64,000 bases of DNA. Source: Burkholderiales bacterium (GTDB taxonomy: Bacteria > Pseudomonadota > Gammaproteobacteria > Burkholderiales > Burkholderiaceae_F). Numbering within the stretch: position 1 is the stretch's first letter; every line of letters starts with the position of its first letter. Of this stretch, positions 46,286-55,151 are shown in pieces. A model generated the notes under the pieces. It was not told the DNA's origin. It saw only the letters and a program-made list of their open reading frames with translations, and searched no databases. The translations under genes and the position numbers were made by a program. Location of the stretch: positions 12,857 to 76,856 of the forward strand of contig JADCGS010000021.1 in assembly GCA_020248865.1 (NCBI GenBank), written 5' to 3'.

Positions 46286-46831
46286 TCAGCTTGCTCCCCG
46301 CTCAAGCACCAGCAGCGACAGCGTGCTGTCCTCGGGGTCGGTCTGCACCGTGAAGCCGAGCTTGCGCGCCAGCTTCTTCATGCCCTCGTTGCTGGCGTGT
46401 GTGTGTCCGGTCACGCGCGGCACGCCCACGCGCGCGGCTTCCTCCAGCAGCCGCCGCAGCAGGCGCTCGCCCACGCCTTGGCGCTGCCAGGCGTCGCCCA
46501 CCACCAGGCCGAACTGGCAGGCGCCGCCGGCTGCACTGGCCCGGTGCAACCGCGCCACGGCGACCGTCTCCTGCGCGGCGCCCGCGCCGCGGGCCACCAT
46601 CAGCGCGATCTCGCGCCGCACGTCGAAGCGCACCAGCCGCTGCAGTTCGCCGGGCAGCAGACCGCGGTGCGAGAACAGCCGCTCGTAGCGCGTCTGCGGC
46701 GACAGGCCGGCGATAAAGCGCAGTTCGCGCGCCGCGTCGTCGGCCATGACCGGGCGCAGCGACAAGGTCGCGCCGTCGCGCGCGGTCCATTGCTCGAGCA
46801 CCTCGGGGGCGCGTTCGATCAGAGTCGGCAT
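46286..46831 (-). CDS. GNAT-family N-acetyltransferase
   Basis: 181 aa. Acetyl-CoA-binding motif VVGDAWQRQGVGERLLRRLLEEA. Confidence 0.85.
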   Translation of the reverse strand: MPTLIERAPEVLEQWTARDGATLSLRPVMADDAARELRFIAGLSPQTRYERLFSHRGLLPGELQRLVRFDVRREIALMVARGAGAAQETVAVARLHRASAAGGACQFGLVVGDAWQRQGVGERLLRRLLEEAARVGVPRVTGHTHASNEGMKKLARKLGFTVQTDPEDSTLSLLVLERGAS

Positions 46832-47009
46832 CGGCCCAGCATACCGAGCGCAGACTGGCCCCTTTCAGAGGGAAGACTCCAGTACCCAGCGGTGCCCGTG
46901 CCGGGCGGCCCGGCGGCGCCATCCGGGCCGCCCGCGCTGTTGCGCCCCTGCCGCGCCGCATTGGCGGTCGCCGCGGCCCTGCGGCATGATGAATCGTAGG
47001 AGGACTCCC

Positions 47010-48380
47010 ATGCCGAAGAACAGCAAGCCCGCCGAGCACCCCGCGCTGGCGGCCATCCGCAACGCCCCCGGCCATCGCGTCAAGGTGGCCGTCAGCGACA
47101 TCGACGGCGTGTTGCGCGGCAAGTATCTGAACAAGGAGAAGTTCTTCGCGGCGGCGGAGTCCGGCTTCGGTTTCTGCGACGTCGTGTTCGGCTGGGACAT
47201 GATGGACGCCTGCTACGACAACACCCAGGTGACCGGCTGGCACCGCGGCTTTCCGGATGCCATGGTACGGCTCGATCTGGACACCTATCGCACGGTGCCC
47301 TGGGACGACCAGGTGCCTTTCGTGCTCGGCGAGTTCGTCGGCGCCGACGGCGGCCCCTACCCGGTCTGCCCGCGCCAGGTGCTGCGCCGCGTGCTCGATC
47401 GCGCCGGCAAGCTCGGCCTGCAGCCGATGTGCGGCATGGAGTTCGAGTGGTTCAACTTTGCCGAGACGCCGCAGAGCTGGGCCGAGAAGAAGGGTGTGGG
47501 CCCCGAGCCCATCACGCCGGGAATGTTCGGCTACTCGCTGCTGCGCGCCAACCACGCGCGCGAGTTCTTCAAGGCGCTGATGGAAGAGCTGGCCGCCTTC
47601 CGCGTGCCGCTCGAAGGGCTGCACACCGAGACCGGCCCCGGCGTCTACGAGGCGGCGATCCTGTTCTCCGGCGCGCTCGAAGCCGCCGACCGCGCGCTGC
47701 TGTTCAAGGGTGCAACCAAGGAGATCGGCGCACGCTTCGGCATCATGCCGAGCTTCATGGCCAAGTGGCACCAGCGGTACCCGGGCTGCTCGGGCCACGT
47801 GCACCAGTCGCTGTCGGACGGCAAGAACAACCTGTTCTTCGACGCCAGGGGCAGGCACAGGATGAGCCGGCTCTTCGAGAGCTATCTGGCGGGGCAGGTG
47901 GCGCTGCTGATGGAGTTCGCGCCGATGTTCTGGCCCACCGTCAACAGCTACAAGCGGCTGGTGGACGGCTTCTGGGCGCCGGTCAAGCCCACCTGGGGAG
48001 TGGACAACCGCACCGCCAGCTTCCGCGTGATCCCCGGCTCGCCCAAGAGCACGCGGCTGGAGACGCGCTGCCCCGGCTCCGACGTCAATCCCTACCTTGC
48101 CATCGCCGCGCTGCTGGCGGCCGGACTGCACGGCGTGGAAAGGAAACTCAAGCTGACCGCGTCGCCGATCACCGGCACCAACGTCGGCAGCGAAGGCACG
48201 CCCCGCGCGCCCCGCTCGCTCAAGGAGACCACCGCCGTCTTCAAGACGAGCGCTGCGGCGCGCGACTGGTTTGGCGACGACTTCGTCGACCACTTTGCCG
48301 CCACCCGAGAGTGGGAGTGGCGGCAGTGGCAGGACGCGGTCACCGACTGGGAGCGGATGCGCTACTTCGAGATCGTGTAG
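47010..48380 (+). CDS. Glutamine-synthetase-family protein (GlnA / gamma-glutamyl-amine synthetase-like)
   Basis: ATG 47010 with TAGGAGGA RBS. GS catalytic-domain sequence (..GMEFEWFNF.., ..HTETGPGVYE.., ..KWHQRYPGCSGHVHQSL.., ..NSYKRLV.., ..NRTASFRV..). Confidence 0.9.
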   Translation: MPKNSKPAEHPALAAIRNAPGHRVKVAVSDIDGVLRGKYLNKEKFFAAAESGFGFCDVVFGWDMMDACYDNTQVTGWHRGFPDAMVRLDLDTYRTVPWDDQVPFVLGEFVGADGGPYPVCPRQVLRRVLDRAGKLGLQPMCGMEFEWFNFAETPQSWAEKKGVGPEPITPGMFGYSLLRANHAREFFKALMEELAAFRVPLEGLHTETGPGVYEAAILFSGALEAADRALLFKGATKEIGARFGIMPSFMAKWHQRYPGCSGHVHQSLSDGKNNLFFDARGRHRMSRLFESYLAGQVALLMEFAPMFWPTVNSYKRLVDGFWAPVKPTWGVDNRTASFRVIPGSPKSTRLETRCPGSDVNPYLAIAALLAAGLHGVERKLKLTASPITGTNVGSEGTPRAPRSLKETTAVFKTSAAARDWFGDDFVDHFAATREWEWRQWQDAVTDWERMRYFEIV

Positions 48381-48429
48381 GCCGGGCGGCGACGCTGGCC
48401 CCCGGGCCTGCCTCGGCCCGAACGCGCAG

Positions 48430-48682
48430 CTAGCCCGGATGTTTCATCAGGGACGCGGGATTTGCGCGGATGCCCGCGCGAGCCAGATTGCGCGAGAGGG
48501 GCGCAGCCGATGCCCGCAGGCATCGGCGAGCACTTGAGCGCAAGATGGCCGCGCCGGCGCCGCGCAAAACCGCGTAGCCCCGGCCGTCCAAAGTGGCCTG
48601 GGGACAAGTGCAGGCTGCCGGCGCAGCTTACAGAGGCAGATCGTGGATGCACGGGGGCGACCTGGTGAAACATCCGGGCTAG
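48430..48682. mobile_element. MITE-like element (253 bp) with 22-bp terminal inverted repeats
   Basis: Left end CTAGCCCGGATGTTTCATCAGG (48430-48451). The right end (48661-48682) is its reverse complement with 1 mismatch. No transposase inside. Both ends start with CTAG. Confidence 0.6.
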
Positions 48683-50763
48683 GCGGATCCCGCGGTCCCG
48701 AGCCGGCGCAGGTGGTAGACGGGCTGGTCGCCGTAGTTCTTGGCAAGCGCCTGGATGCCGAGGTACTCGCAGCGGTACCACGGCGCGTAGATCTCGCCGG
48801 TCATCTGGCGCTCGTGCCGTACCGCGTTCTCCTCGGCCGTGAGGAGCGCGACGAACTGCTGCGAGGCGTAGATCTCGCCGGGCACGGTGACCGGCTCGAT
48901 GCGGGCGGTGCGGGACACATGGCTGCCGTAGATGATGGGCCGGCCGGTCAGCGGATGGCGGCCCTCGAACACGGGGCCGGCGTGCAGGCCGATCCGCCAC
49001 ATCAGCGGGTGGGGCAGCCGGTAGGCCGACGGATCGGCGGCCGCGAACCCTTGCTGCAGCGCGAAGGCGTACTCGAGCAGGCTGCGGGCGTCGGGCATCA
49101 CCACGTAGAGCGCATCGCCCCAGCTCTCCACCAGGCCGGGGCGCCGGCAGCCTGGCTCGATGCTCGCCTTCAGGTCCTCGAGCAGTTGCCACAATCCGGG
49201 CAGCGACTCCTCCGACAGTTTGGAGAAACCGACGATGTCGCCGAACAGCATGGCCTTGACCACCCGCTCGGGCTCCTGCACCGGCGGCTTGGGCACGATC
49301 GGTGCCCGGCGGTCGGCCAGTGACGGCGGCGGCGGCGGGGCCGCGGCACGCAGCTCGTCGATCTCGATCAGCCGCAGCCGCGCGATGTCGGGCCAGTGGT
49401 CCATGAAGTCGGCCGCGGTGCCCGCCCGCTGCTGGGTCTCGTAGTCCCAGACCAGCATCAGGTACGGCTCCGTGTCGAGCATGCGGGCGCGCAGGCGCGC
49501 CATGCCGTCGATCACCTGGTTGTTGAAGCGGAACAGCATGTCGTGGCCGAGGTAGCGCTCCTCGGTGGCAAAGCTCACCGTGGTGGCGAGCCGCAAGGCG
49601 GCGCGGAAGCGCTGCTCCCAGCGCGGGCCGGCGTAGGAGACGCGCGCAGCCACGAAGTCGTCCACCGCGCAGGGCAGGAACAGGTGCACCTCGGCATTGC
49701 GCTCGATCATCGCCTCGACGAACAGCAGGTCGGAGCCGCAGGCTGCCGAGCAGTAGCCGATGGCGGCATCCAGTTCGTGCAAACGGCGCTGGATCGCGTC
49801 CTTGACCACCCCTTCGAGGTGCGGCGGGAAGGTGGGGCGCGACTGCCCCGGCAGGTCCACCGGCTCGCCGGCAAACACGACGAGGACCGGCGGACGCAGG
49901 ATGTCGAAGACCTCGCCGGGGACCGGAAAGCCCCGCTCCCGCAGCAGCGCGAAGCGCTGCCGCACCGGCACGACCTGGCTGTAATGGGTGGCGGGCGAAA
50001 GCGCCGCCGCCCGGAACAGCTCCCGCGCGGCGGGCACGTCGTCCAGCAACAGCTGGGCCTCGGCTTCATTGGCCAGCAGCGCGAAGGTGGCTTGCCGGTC
50101 CGCCGGCTGGCGCCTGAGGGCGGCGATCGCCTCGAACGCGAGCTCGCGCGCCCGGCCGGGCTCGCGCAGGAGCCACGACAGCATGGCGGCCCGCACGCCG
50201 TGGTCGGGCCGCGCGCTCAGCTTGAAGCTGCTGAGGTGGGAATCGCGGCTGCGCCGCAGGTCCGCCTCTTGGCCGGTGTCGCTCCAGGTCTCGAGGTGGA
50301 TCTGGGCAAGCAGCTCCAGCAGCTCGTGGTCCTCGGGATCGTCGGCGCGCAGCCGGCCGCCGAGCCGGACCATTTCGCGCGCCGCGGCCGCCACCTGGTC
50401 GAGCAGGGCCGCCGGCGGCTCCTCGCCCGCCGGCACGGCGAGCAGGCCGGGCAGGCAGCGCCGCAGCGCGCCGATGGCCTCCCGCGCCGTCTGATCGGTG
50501 GTGCCCAGCGAGTCCTGCAGCCGGCCGAGGAGCCGGCGCGCTTCCGCCGTGGCGCCGCAGCGCATCAGCGCCAGCGCCCCGAGGAAGCGGATCTTCACGC
50601 TGTCGGGGTGGTCCTGCAGCGCCTTCTGCGACAGGTCGTAGGCGAGAAAGCACTGCCCCTCGGCCACCAGCTTGCGCAGTGCAGCCAGCCACTCGCGCTC
50701 ATTGGACGGGCGCCCGAGGCCCGACCCGGTCCAGCCGGCATTGCGGTCCAAGCGGTCGCTCAC
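48679..50763 (-). CDS. Multidomain signalling protein: N-terminal TPR-like helical repeats, central Rossmann-like domain, C-terminal class III nucleotide cyclase domain
   Basis: 694 aa, GTG start at 50763. Cyclase motifs MLFGDIVGFSKLSE, ESWGDALYVV, YGSHVSRTARIE. Central alpha/beta domain VLVVFAGEP...IGYCSAACGSDLLFVEAMIERNAEVHLFLPC. Helical N-terminus. The stop codon lies inside the MITE terminal repeat. Confidence 0.8.
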   Translation of the reverse strand: MSDRLDRNAGWTGSGLGRPSNEREWLAALRKLVAEGQCFLAYDLSQKALQDHPDSVKIRFLGALALMRCGATAEARRLLGRLQDSLGTTDQTAREAIGALRRCLPGLLAVPAGEEPPAALLDQVAAAAREMVRLGGRLRADDPEDHELLELLAQIHLETWSDTGQEADLRRSRDSHLSSFKLSARPDHGVRAAMLSWLLREPGRARELAFEAIAALRRQPADRQATFALLANEAEAQLLLDDVPAARELFRAAALSPATHYSQVVPVRQRFALLRERGFPVPGEVFDILRPPVLVVFAGEPVDLPGQSRPTFPPHLEGVVKDAIQRRLHELDAAIGYCSAACGSDLLFVEAMIERNAEVHLFLPCAVDDFVAARVSYAGPRWEQRFRAALRLATTVSFATEERYLGHDMLFRFNNQVIDGMARLRARMLDTEPYLMLVWDYETQQRAGTAADFMDHWPDIARLRLIEIDELRAAAPPPPPSLADRRAPIVPKPPVQEPERVVKAMLFGDIVGFSKLSEESLPGLWQLLEDLKASIEPGCRRPGLVESWGDALYVVMPDARSLLEYAFALQQGFAAADPSAYRLPHPLMWRIGLHAGPVFEGRHPLTGRPIIYGSHVSRTARIEPVTVPGEIYASQQFVALLTAEENAVRHERQMTGEIYAPWYRCEYLGIQALAKNYGDQPVYHLRRLGTAGSA

Positions 50764-51246
50764 GGAAAGATGCCCGGCATCCCGGTGGCCCGCCTCGCAG
50801 CACCGTCGGTCGACTCAGCGGGCTGGGCCTTGTCAGGAGACCCTGCGCTTGCCGCGTCAAGGGGGCACCGCTCACCCGCGAGTCCTGCGACGGGGCGGGA
50901 TGCGCCAGCGGCACGCCATGGCGTCGCGGCAGCTCTTGCAGAGGCGGATTCGATGGGCAACGACACAACTTCCTGGCAAGCGCGGACTGTAGAGGATGCT
51001 GCCGGTACCACGCAGGAGGCCGTTGCCGCCTCATGGGTCAAGGCCCCGCGTGACGCCCAGCGCCCCCGGGCGTTGATCACCGTTCCGTGTCCGAGGATAG
51101 AAAGTTCGAGCCGGCTCGGCAAGGTCGGGTCGCACCCGATGCCGCAGCCGATGCCGCAGCCGACGTCGCACCGGCACCGCGCGACGCCCGCGCGCCCGGC
51201 GACCGCGAGATGCCACTAGCCACGGACAGGGCTAGTCCCCTGCGCG

Positions 51247-53112
51247 CTACTGCGGCGGCGGCGGCGCGCCCCGCTCGAGCACGGCCGACAGATCCGCCCG
51301 CGCCAGGACCTCGCGCGCGTGGGAAAGACCCTCGGCCACCACGGTGTCGAACTTCCTCCACTGGAGCATGCCCACGCGCAGGGTCGGCGGCTTGAAGATG
51401 AGGTCGACCGTGGCATGGGCCTCTGCCTGGCGCGACATGCTGTACATGACGTTGACCTTCATCAGGATCGCCACCAGCGATGGCAGCCGGTAGCGACGCA
51501 TGCGGCGGGGCCTGAGCCAGTCGAGGAACAGCTGCAGGTTGCTGGGCAAGCGGTCGAGCGCCAGCGGCCGGTTCCGAGGAGTGACCAGGTCGACGCCCAG
51601 CACCACGCCCACGCCGCGCGTGCGCCGCATCACATCGACCGGGAAGTTGTTGAAAATGGCCCCGTCGACGAACAGGTCGCCACCCTCGACCAGCGGCGGC
51701 AGGGCGCCCGGGATCGCCGTGCTGGCCACGATGGCGCGCTCGACCGAGCCGGTGCGCCACACCTCCTCCCGGGCCCGGGAGTAGTTGGTGACCACGCAGA
51801 AGCAGGGCTTCCACAGATCTTCGAGTCCGGCGTCCGGTCCGGCCAGGCGCACGAAGGCGTGGCCCGTGACCGTGCGCATGCGCTCGCCCTTGATGAGCGA
51901 CAGGACTGGCGTGAGCGCAAAGTCGCCGGTCGGGTTGCGGCTGAATCCGCTGCGCACTTCGTCGATCACCTCGTCGAGCGGCCGGTCGGTGGCCAGCACG
52001 GCTGCCATGGCCGCACCCATGCTGGTACCCCCGAACACGTCGACCTCGATGCCCGCTGCGGCCAGCGCCTGCGCCACGCCCAGGTGCGCAAAGCCGCGCG
52101 CGCCGCCGCCGGCCAGCACCAGACCGACCGCACGGCGCGCCTGCAGCCGTGCCAGCCGCGCCATATCCCGGTCCTGTCCGGCACGCACGTGCACCACTTC
52201 GGCCAGCGGCCGGCGCGCCAGCCAGCGCGCGGTGCCCACGGGCGCGACGGCGTCCGCGGGATGCAGCAGCACCAGGATCTCGGCCGCCTCGGCCCGGCCG
52301 GGGCGGCCCTGCAGCAACGCCTGCTCGGTCGGATGCAGCGCCACGGGCGCCTTCGCATCGGCGAGCAGCAGAATCTCGTCGGCGTGGCGCACGCAGGCTT
52401 CGGTCCAGGGCGTCGGCGCGGCGTCGGCCGCCAGCAGCACGAAGTCGTGCTCGGCCTCGGCATCGTCGAGGCGGGCGCCCATGTGCTGCGGCGGGTTCGC
52501 GTCCGGATCGCGGCCCGCAGCCGGCGCCCCCAGCGTGACCGTGCTGCCATGTTCGGCCAGCCGCTCGGCCAGTGCATGCGCGAAGCCGGCGGCGTCGATG
52601 CCGGCGGTGATCGGCACCAGGGCGATCGTCGCGGGGCGGTCGCCGGGGGCCGACCGGCGATCGCTGCGCAGCCGCTCGATGATCTGCCGCGTGATGGCGC
52701 GGGACAGCGCGGGACTGGATGTCTGCAAGCCCTCGAAGCCCGCAGGGTCCAGGCGTGCCAGCACGGAGTGGCGCACCGCCACCACCGTGGCCGAACGAGG
52801 TTCGCCGGTGATCAGGCTCATCTCGCCGATCAGCTGGCCGCGGCCCATGTCGCGCACTGCGCGCTCGGTGCCGGCGTCATCGAGCACATAGGCGCGCAGA
52901 CGGCCCGACACCACCAGATACAGCGCATCGCCGGGCTCGCCCTGGCGCAGCAGCGTCTGGCCGCCCGGCAGCGCGACGCGCTCCAGCCGGCCAGCCACCT
53001 CGCGCAGCACCGGCTCCTGCACGTCCGGCAGCCAGTCGTGCAGCAGTTGCATCAGTCGCCCGGCAAGATGCCGCCATGCATGCTGCGTCGCGTCAAGCGA
53101 GCGGGAAACCAT
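51247..53112 (-). CDS. Cyclic-nucleotide-binding domain + patatin-like phospholipase (NTE-like), paralog 2
   Basis: CNB cassette GEMSLITGEPRSATVVA. Patatin motifs GLVLAGGGARGFAHLG, GTSMGA, VDGAIFNNFPVD. Same three-part architecture as 13271-15145. Confidence 0.9.
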   Translation of the reverse strand: MVSRSLDATQHAWRHLAGRLMQLLHDWLPDVQEPVLREVAGRLERVALPGGQTLLRQGEPGDALYLVVSGRLRAYVLDDAGTERAVRDMGRGQLIGEMSLITGEPRSATVVAVRHSVLARLDPAGFEGLQTSSPALSRAITRQIIERLRSDRRSAPGDRPATIALVPITAGIDAAGFAHALAERLAEHGSTVTLGAPAAGRDPDANPPQHMGARLDDAEAEHDFVLLAADAAPTPWTEACVRHADEILLLADAKAPVALHPTEQALLQGRPGRAEAAEILVLLHPADAVAPVGTARWLARRPLAEVVHVRAGQDRDMARLARLQARRAVGLVLAGGGARGFAHLGVAQALAAAGIEVDVFGGTSMGAAMAAVLATDRPLDEVIDEVRSGFSRNPTGDFALTPVLSLIKGERMRTVTGHAFVRLAGPDAGLEDLWKPCFCVVTNYSRAREEVWRTGSVERAIVASTAIPGALPPLVEGGDLFVDGAIFNNFPVDVMRRTRGVGVVLGVDLVTPRNRPLALDRLPSNLQLFLDWLRPRRMRRYRLPSLVAILMKVNVMYSMSRQAEAHATVDLIFKPPTLRVGMLQWRKFDTVVAEGLSHAREVLARADLSAVLERGAPPPPQ

Positions 53113-53589
53113 GAGCCGAACTCCGCAAGTCCCGGAAAGCTCTACATGCTAGAGAACGGCCAAACCGGCGTCGTCCCGGGCGCAGTCTCGATCTCGTGCT
53201 GGTGGACAAGAAACCACAGTGCACCGCGGCCCACGGGGCAACACGCTGCGAGCGCTGCAGCCGGATCGTCATGCCCGCCAGCCGGCACTCCACCGCCATC
53301 GCACGCCTGGGCGAAGGCCGCGCTGCGCCCGAGTTCGAGGCCATCACCGAGTTCCTGGTGGACACGACCCGTGCGGGGCCAAGCACCGGGGGCGGGCGCT
53401 GCAGGGCCGACGGGCGCCGGGAGAAACTAGGAGAAATTAGGGTCAGACCCCGATTTGCCCCGGTTTACGCCGGCCGCTCGGACGGATACTCCCTCTCCGG
53501 GCGCGGCGGGTTGCGACGGTAGCCAGCGGAGTAAAACTTGTGCGCAAGTCTGGGAGCGCAAGTCCGCGTTGGGACTACCGACAGAACCC

Positions 53590-54267
53590 ATGACGCAGTC
53601 CCCTCGTCGGATCCCCAGGGCAATCGTCAGCTTCGATCTAGACGGCACGCTCGTGCGCGGCATCAGCAGCGGCCAGTTCGTGGCCGATCGACTCGGTCAC
53701 GGAGACATCCTCCGCACACTGGAGTTGCAATACGACACGGGCCTGATGTCCGCCCAGGCGGTCGCTGCGACGGAAGCCCCTTACTTCAGCGGCAGATCGC
53801 GCGAGAACATCACCTCGATCATGCGCGACGTTCCGCTCATCGAGGGCATCCGCGAAACCTTGCAGGAACTGCACAGACGCAGCGTCTTCACCGTCCTCAA
53901 CACGTTGGCGTGGCGATTCATGGCCAGCGCGGTCGGCGATCGATTCGGCTTCGACGAGTGGACCGGCGCCCGGATGAATTGCGGCCCGGGCGGCCTGCTG
54001 ACCGGAGCGGTCGCCCGGCACTTCGACGAGCGCGACAAGGTGCGAGCGGTCGCGCGGCTCGCACATCGCTTCGGCGTGCCGATGTCGCGGATCGCGGCGG
54101 TTGGCGATGCGCGCTCGGACATCCCGTTGTTTCGGGCGGTGGGCTTCTCGATCGCCCTGAACGGATCGGCGCAAGCCCGGGCGGCGGCGAGTGTTGCGGT
54201 CGCAACGCCGTGGCTACCCGACATTCTGCGGGCGCTGCCGCCCCACTTTCTGCCCGCTGAGGATTGA
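53590..54267 (+). CDS. HAD-superfamily phosphatase (HAD-IB / SerB-like)
   Basis: Start at ATG 53590 (MTQSPRRIPRAIVSFDLDGTLV, motif I DxDGT). ..AVGDARSDIPLF.. (motif IV). Confidence 0.8.
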   Translation: MTQSPRRIPRAIVSFDLDGTLVRGISSGQFVADRLGHGDILRTLELQYDTGLMSAQAVAATEAPYFSGRSRENITSIMRDVPLIEGIRETLQELHRRSVFTVLNTLAWRFMASAVGDRFGFDEWTGARMNCGPGGLLTGAVARHFDERDKVRAVARLAHRFGVPMSRIAAVGDARSDIPLFRAVGFSIALNGSAQARAAASVAVATPWLPDILRALPPHFLPAED

Positions 54268-54273
54268 CAGCGC

Positions 54274-54900
54274 ATGGCTCACGACATCGCTGCCGTGCTG
54301 TTCGATATCGGCGGGGTGCTGGTGGCGCTCGACGGCGTCCCTACCCTGTCGAGGTTACTGGGCGTGGCGCCCGATCACGATGCCTTACATGCACGGTGGT
54401 TGGCCTCGCCCGCCGTGGTCGCGCACGAGACCGGCGTCATCGATGCGCCGACGTTTGCGGCCAGAGTCGTATCGGACCTGCGCCTGCCGGTCGCGGCCGA
54501 GGCCTTCTTGCAGGACTTCTGCAACTGGCCAACCGGGCTGTTGCCGGGCGCGATCGAGTTGCTGGACGACATCCCGGATCGCTATCGAGTGGCCGCCCTG
54601 AGCAACTCGTGCGCCGTGCACTGGGAGAAGATTCGGTCGATGGGACTGACGGATCGTCTCGACAAGACTTTCCTGTCGCATGAGATCGACGCATTGAAGC
54701 CGTCGGTCAAGGCCTTCCGGACCGCTCTCGAAGGCCTCGGGCTGTCACCCTCCCGAGTGCTGTTCCTGGACGATGGCGCGCGCAACGTCGAGGCCGCGGC
54801 GCAACTCGGCATGCACGCTTTCGTCGTGCGTGGGCCGGCGCAGGCCCGGTGCGTCCTGTCGCGTTACGGCATCGTCGCGCCGTCTGCGCCGCCGCGGTGA
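54274..54900 (+). CDS. HAD-superfamily hydrolase (subfamily IA)
   Basis: MAHDIAAVLFDIGGVLV (motif I). ..ALSNS.. ; ..VLFLDDGARNVEAAAQLGMHAF.. Confidence 0.85.
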   Translation: MAHDIAAVLFDIGGVLVALDGVPTLSRLLGVAPDHDALHARWLASPAVVAHETGVIDAPTFAARVVSDLRLPVAAEAFLQDFCNWPTGLLPGAIELLDDIPDRYRVAALSNSCAVHWEKIRSMGLTDRLDKTFLSHEIDALKPSVKAFRTALEGLGLSPSRVLFLDDGARNVEAAAQLGMHAFVVRGPAQARCVLSRYGIVAPSAPPR

Positions 54901-55151
54901 GCTTTGGGGTTCGCTGGCCTGCCTCCCACGGCGACCAACAGGCGACCAGAACCGTCGTCGAAGCGCCCTGGGCCGGATCGGCAGTGCGCCAAGCCGACCG
55001 AAGGTGAGAGCACACGCGGCACCGTACCCCCCAAGATAGCCGTCAAGCGGCGTCCGCGCGGGCGCGGGGGCAGCAGGCGCTCGAACGCGAGCAGGCCGGC
55101 GGGATGACGCATGCGATGGATGGGCAGCGACTGCCTGCCCGGCCCGGCTAG

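Noticed and set aside
50760-51122. 120-aa minus-strand ORF whose stop overlaps the cyclase GTG start (GTGA), suggesting a coupled small gene between the patatin and cyclase genes.
   Set aside because: It has a TTG start and no RBS. The composition is Ala/Ser/Arg-rich. Third-position GC is clearly lower than in neighbouring genes (many GCA/TCT/GGA/GAA/ACA codons). This looks like spacer DNA, though a homology search would be worthwhile.
53196-53522. 108-aa plus-strand ORF (VLVDKKPQCTAAHGATRCERCSRIVMPASRH...) with fairly high GC3 in its first ~75 codons.
   Set aside because: I recognise no family. The start is GTG without an RBS. The C-terminal third runs through a REP-like palindrome (AAATTAGGGTCAGACCCCGATTT at about 53437-53460). 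It may be a gene relic and is left uncalled.
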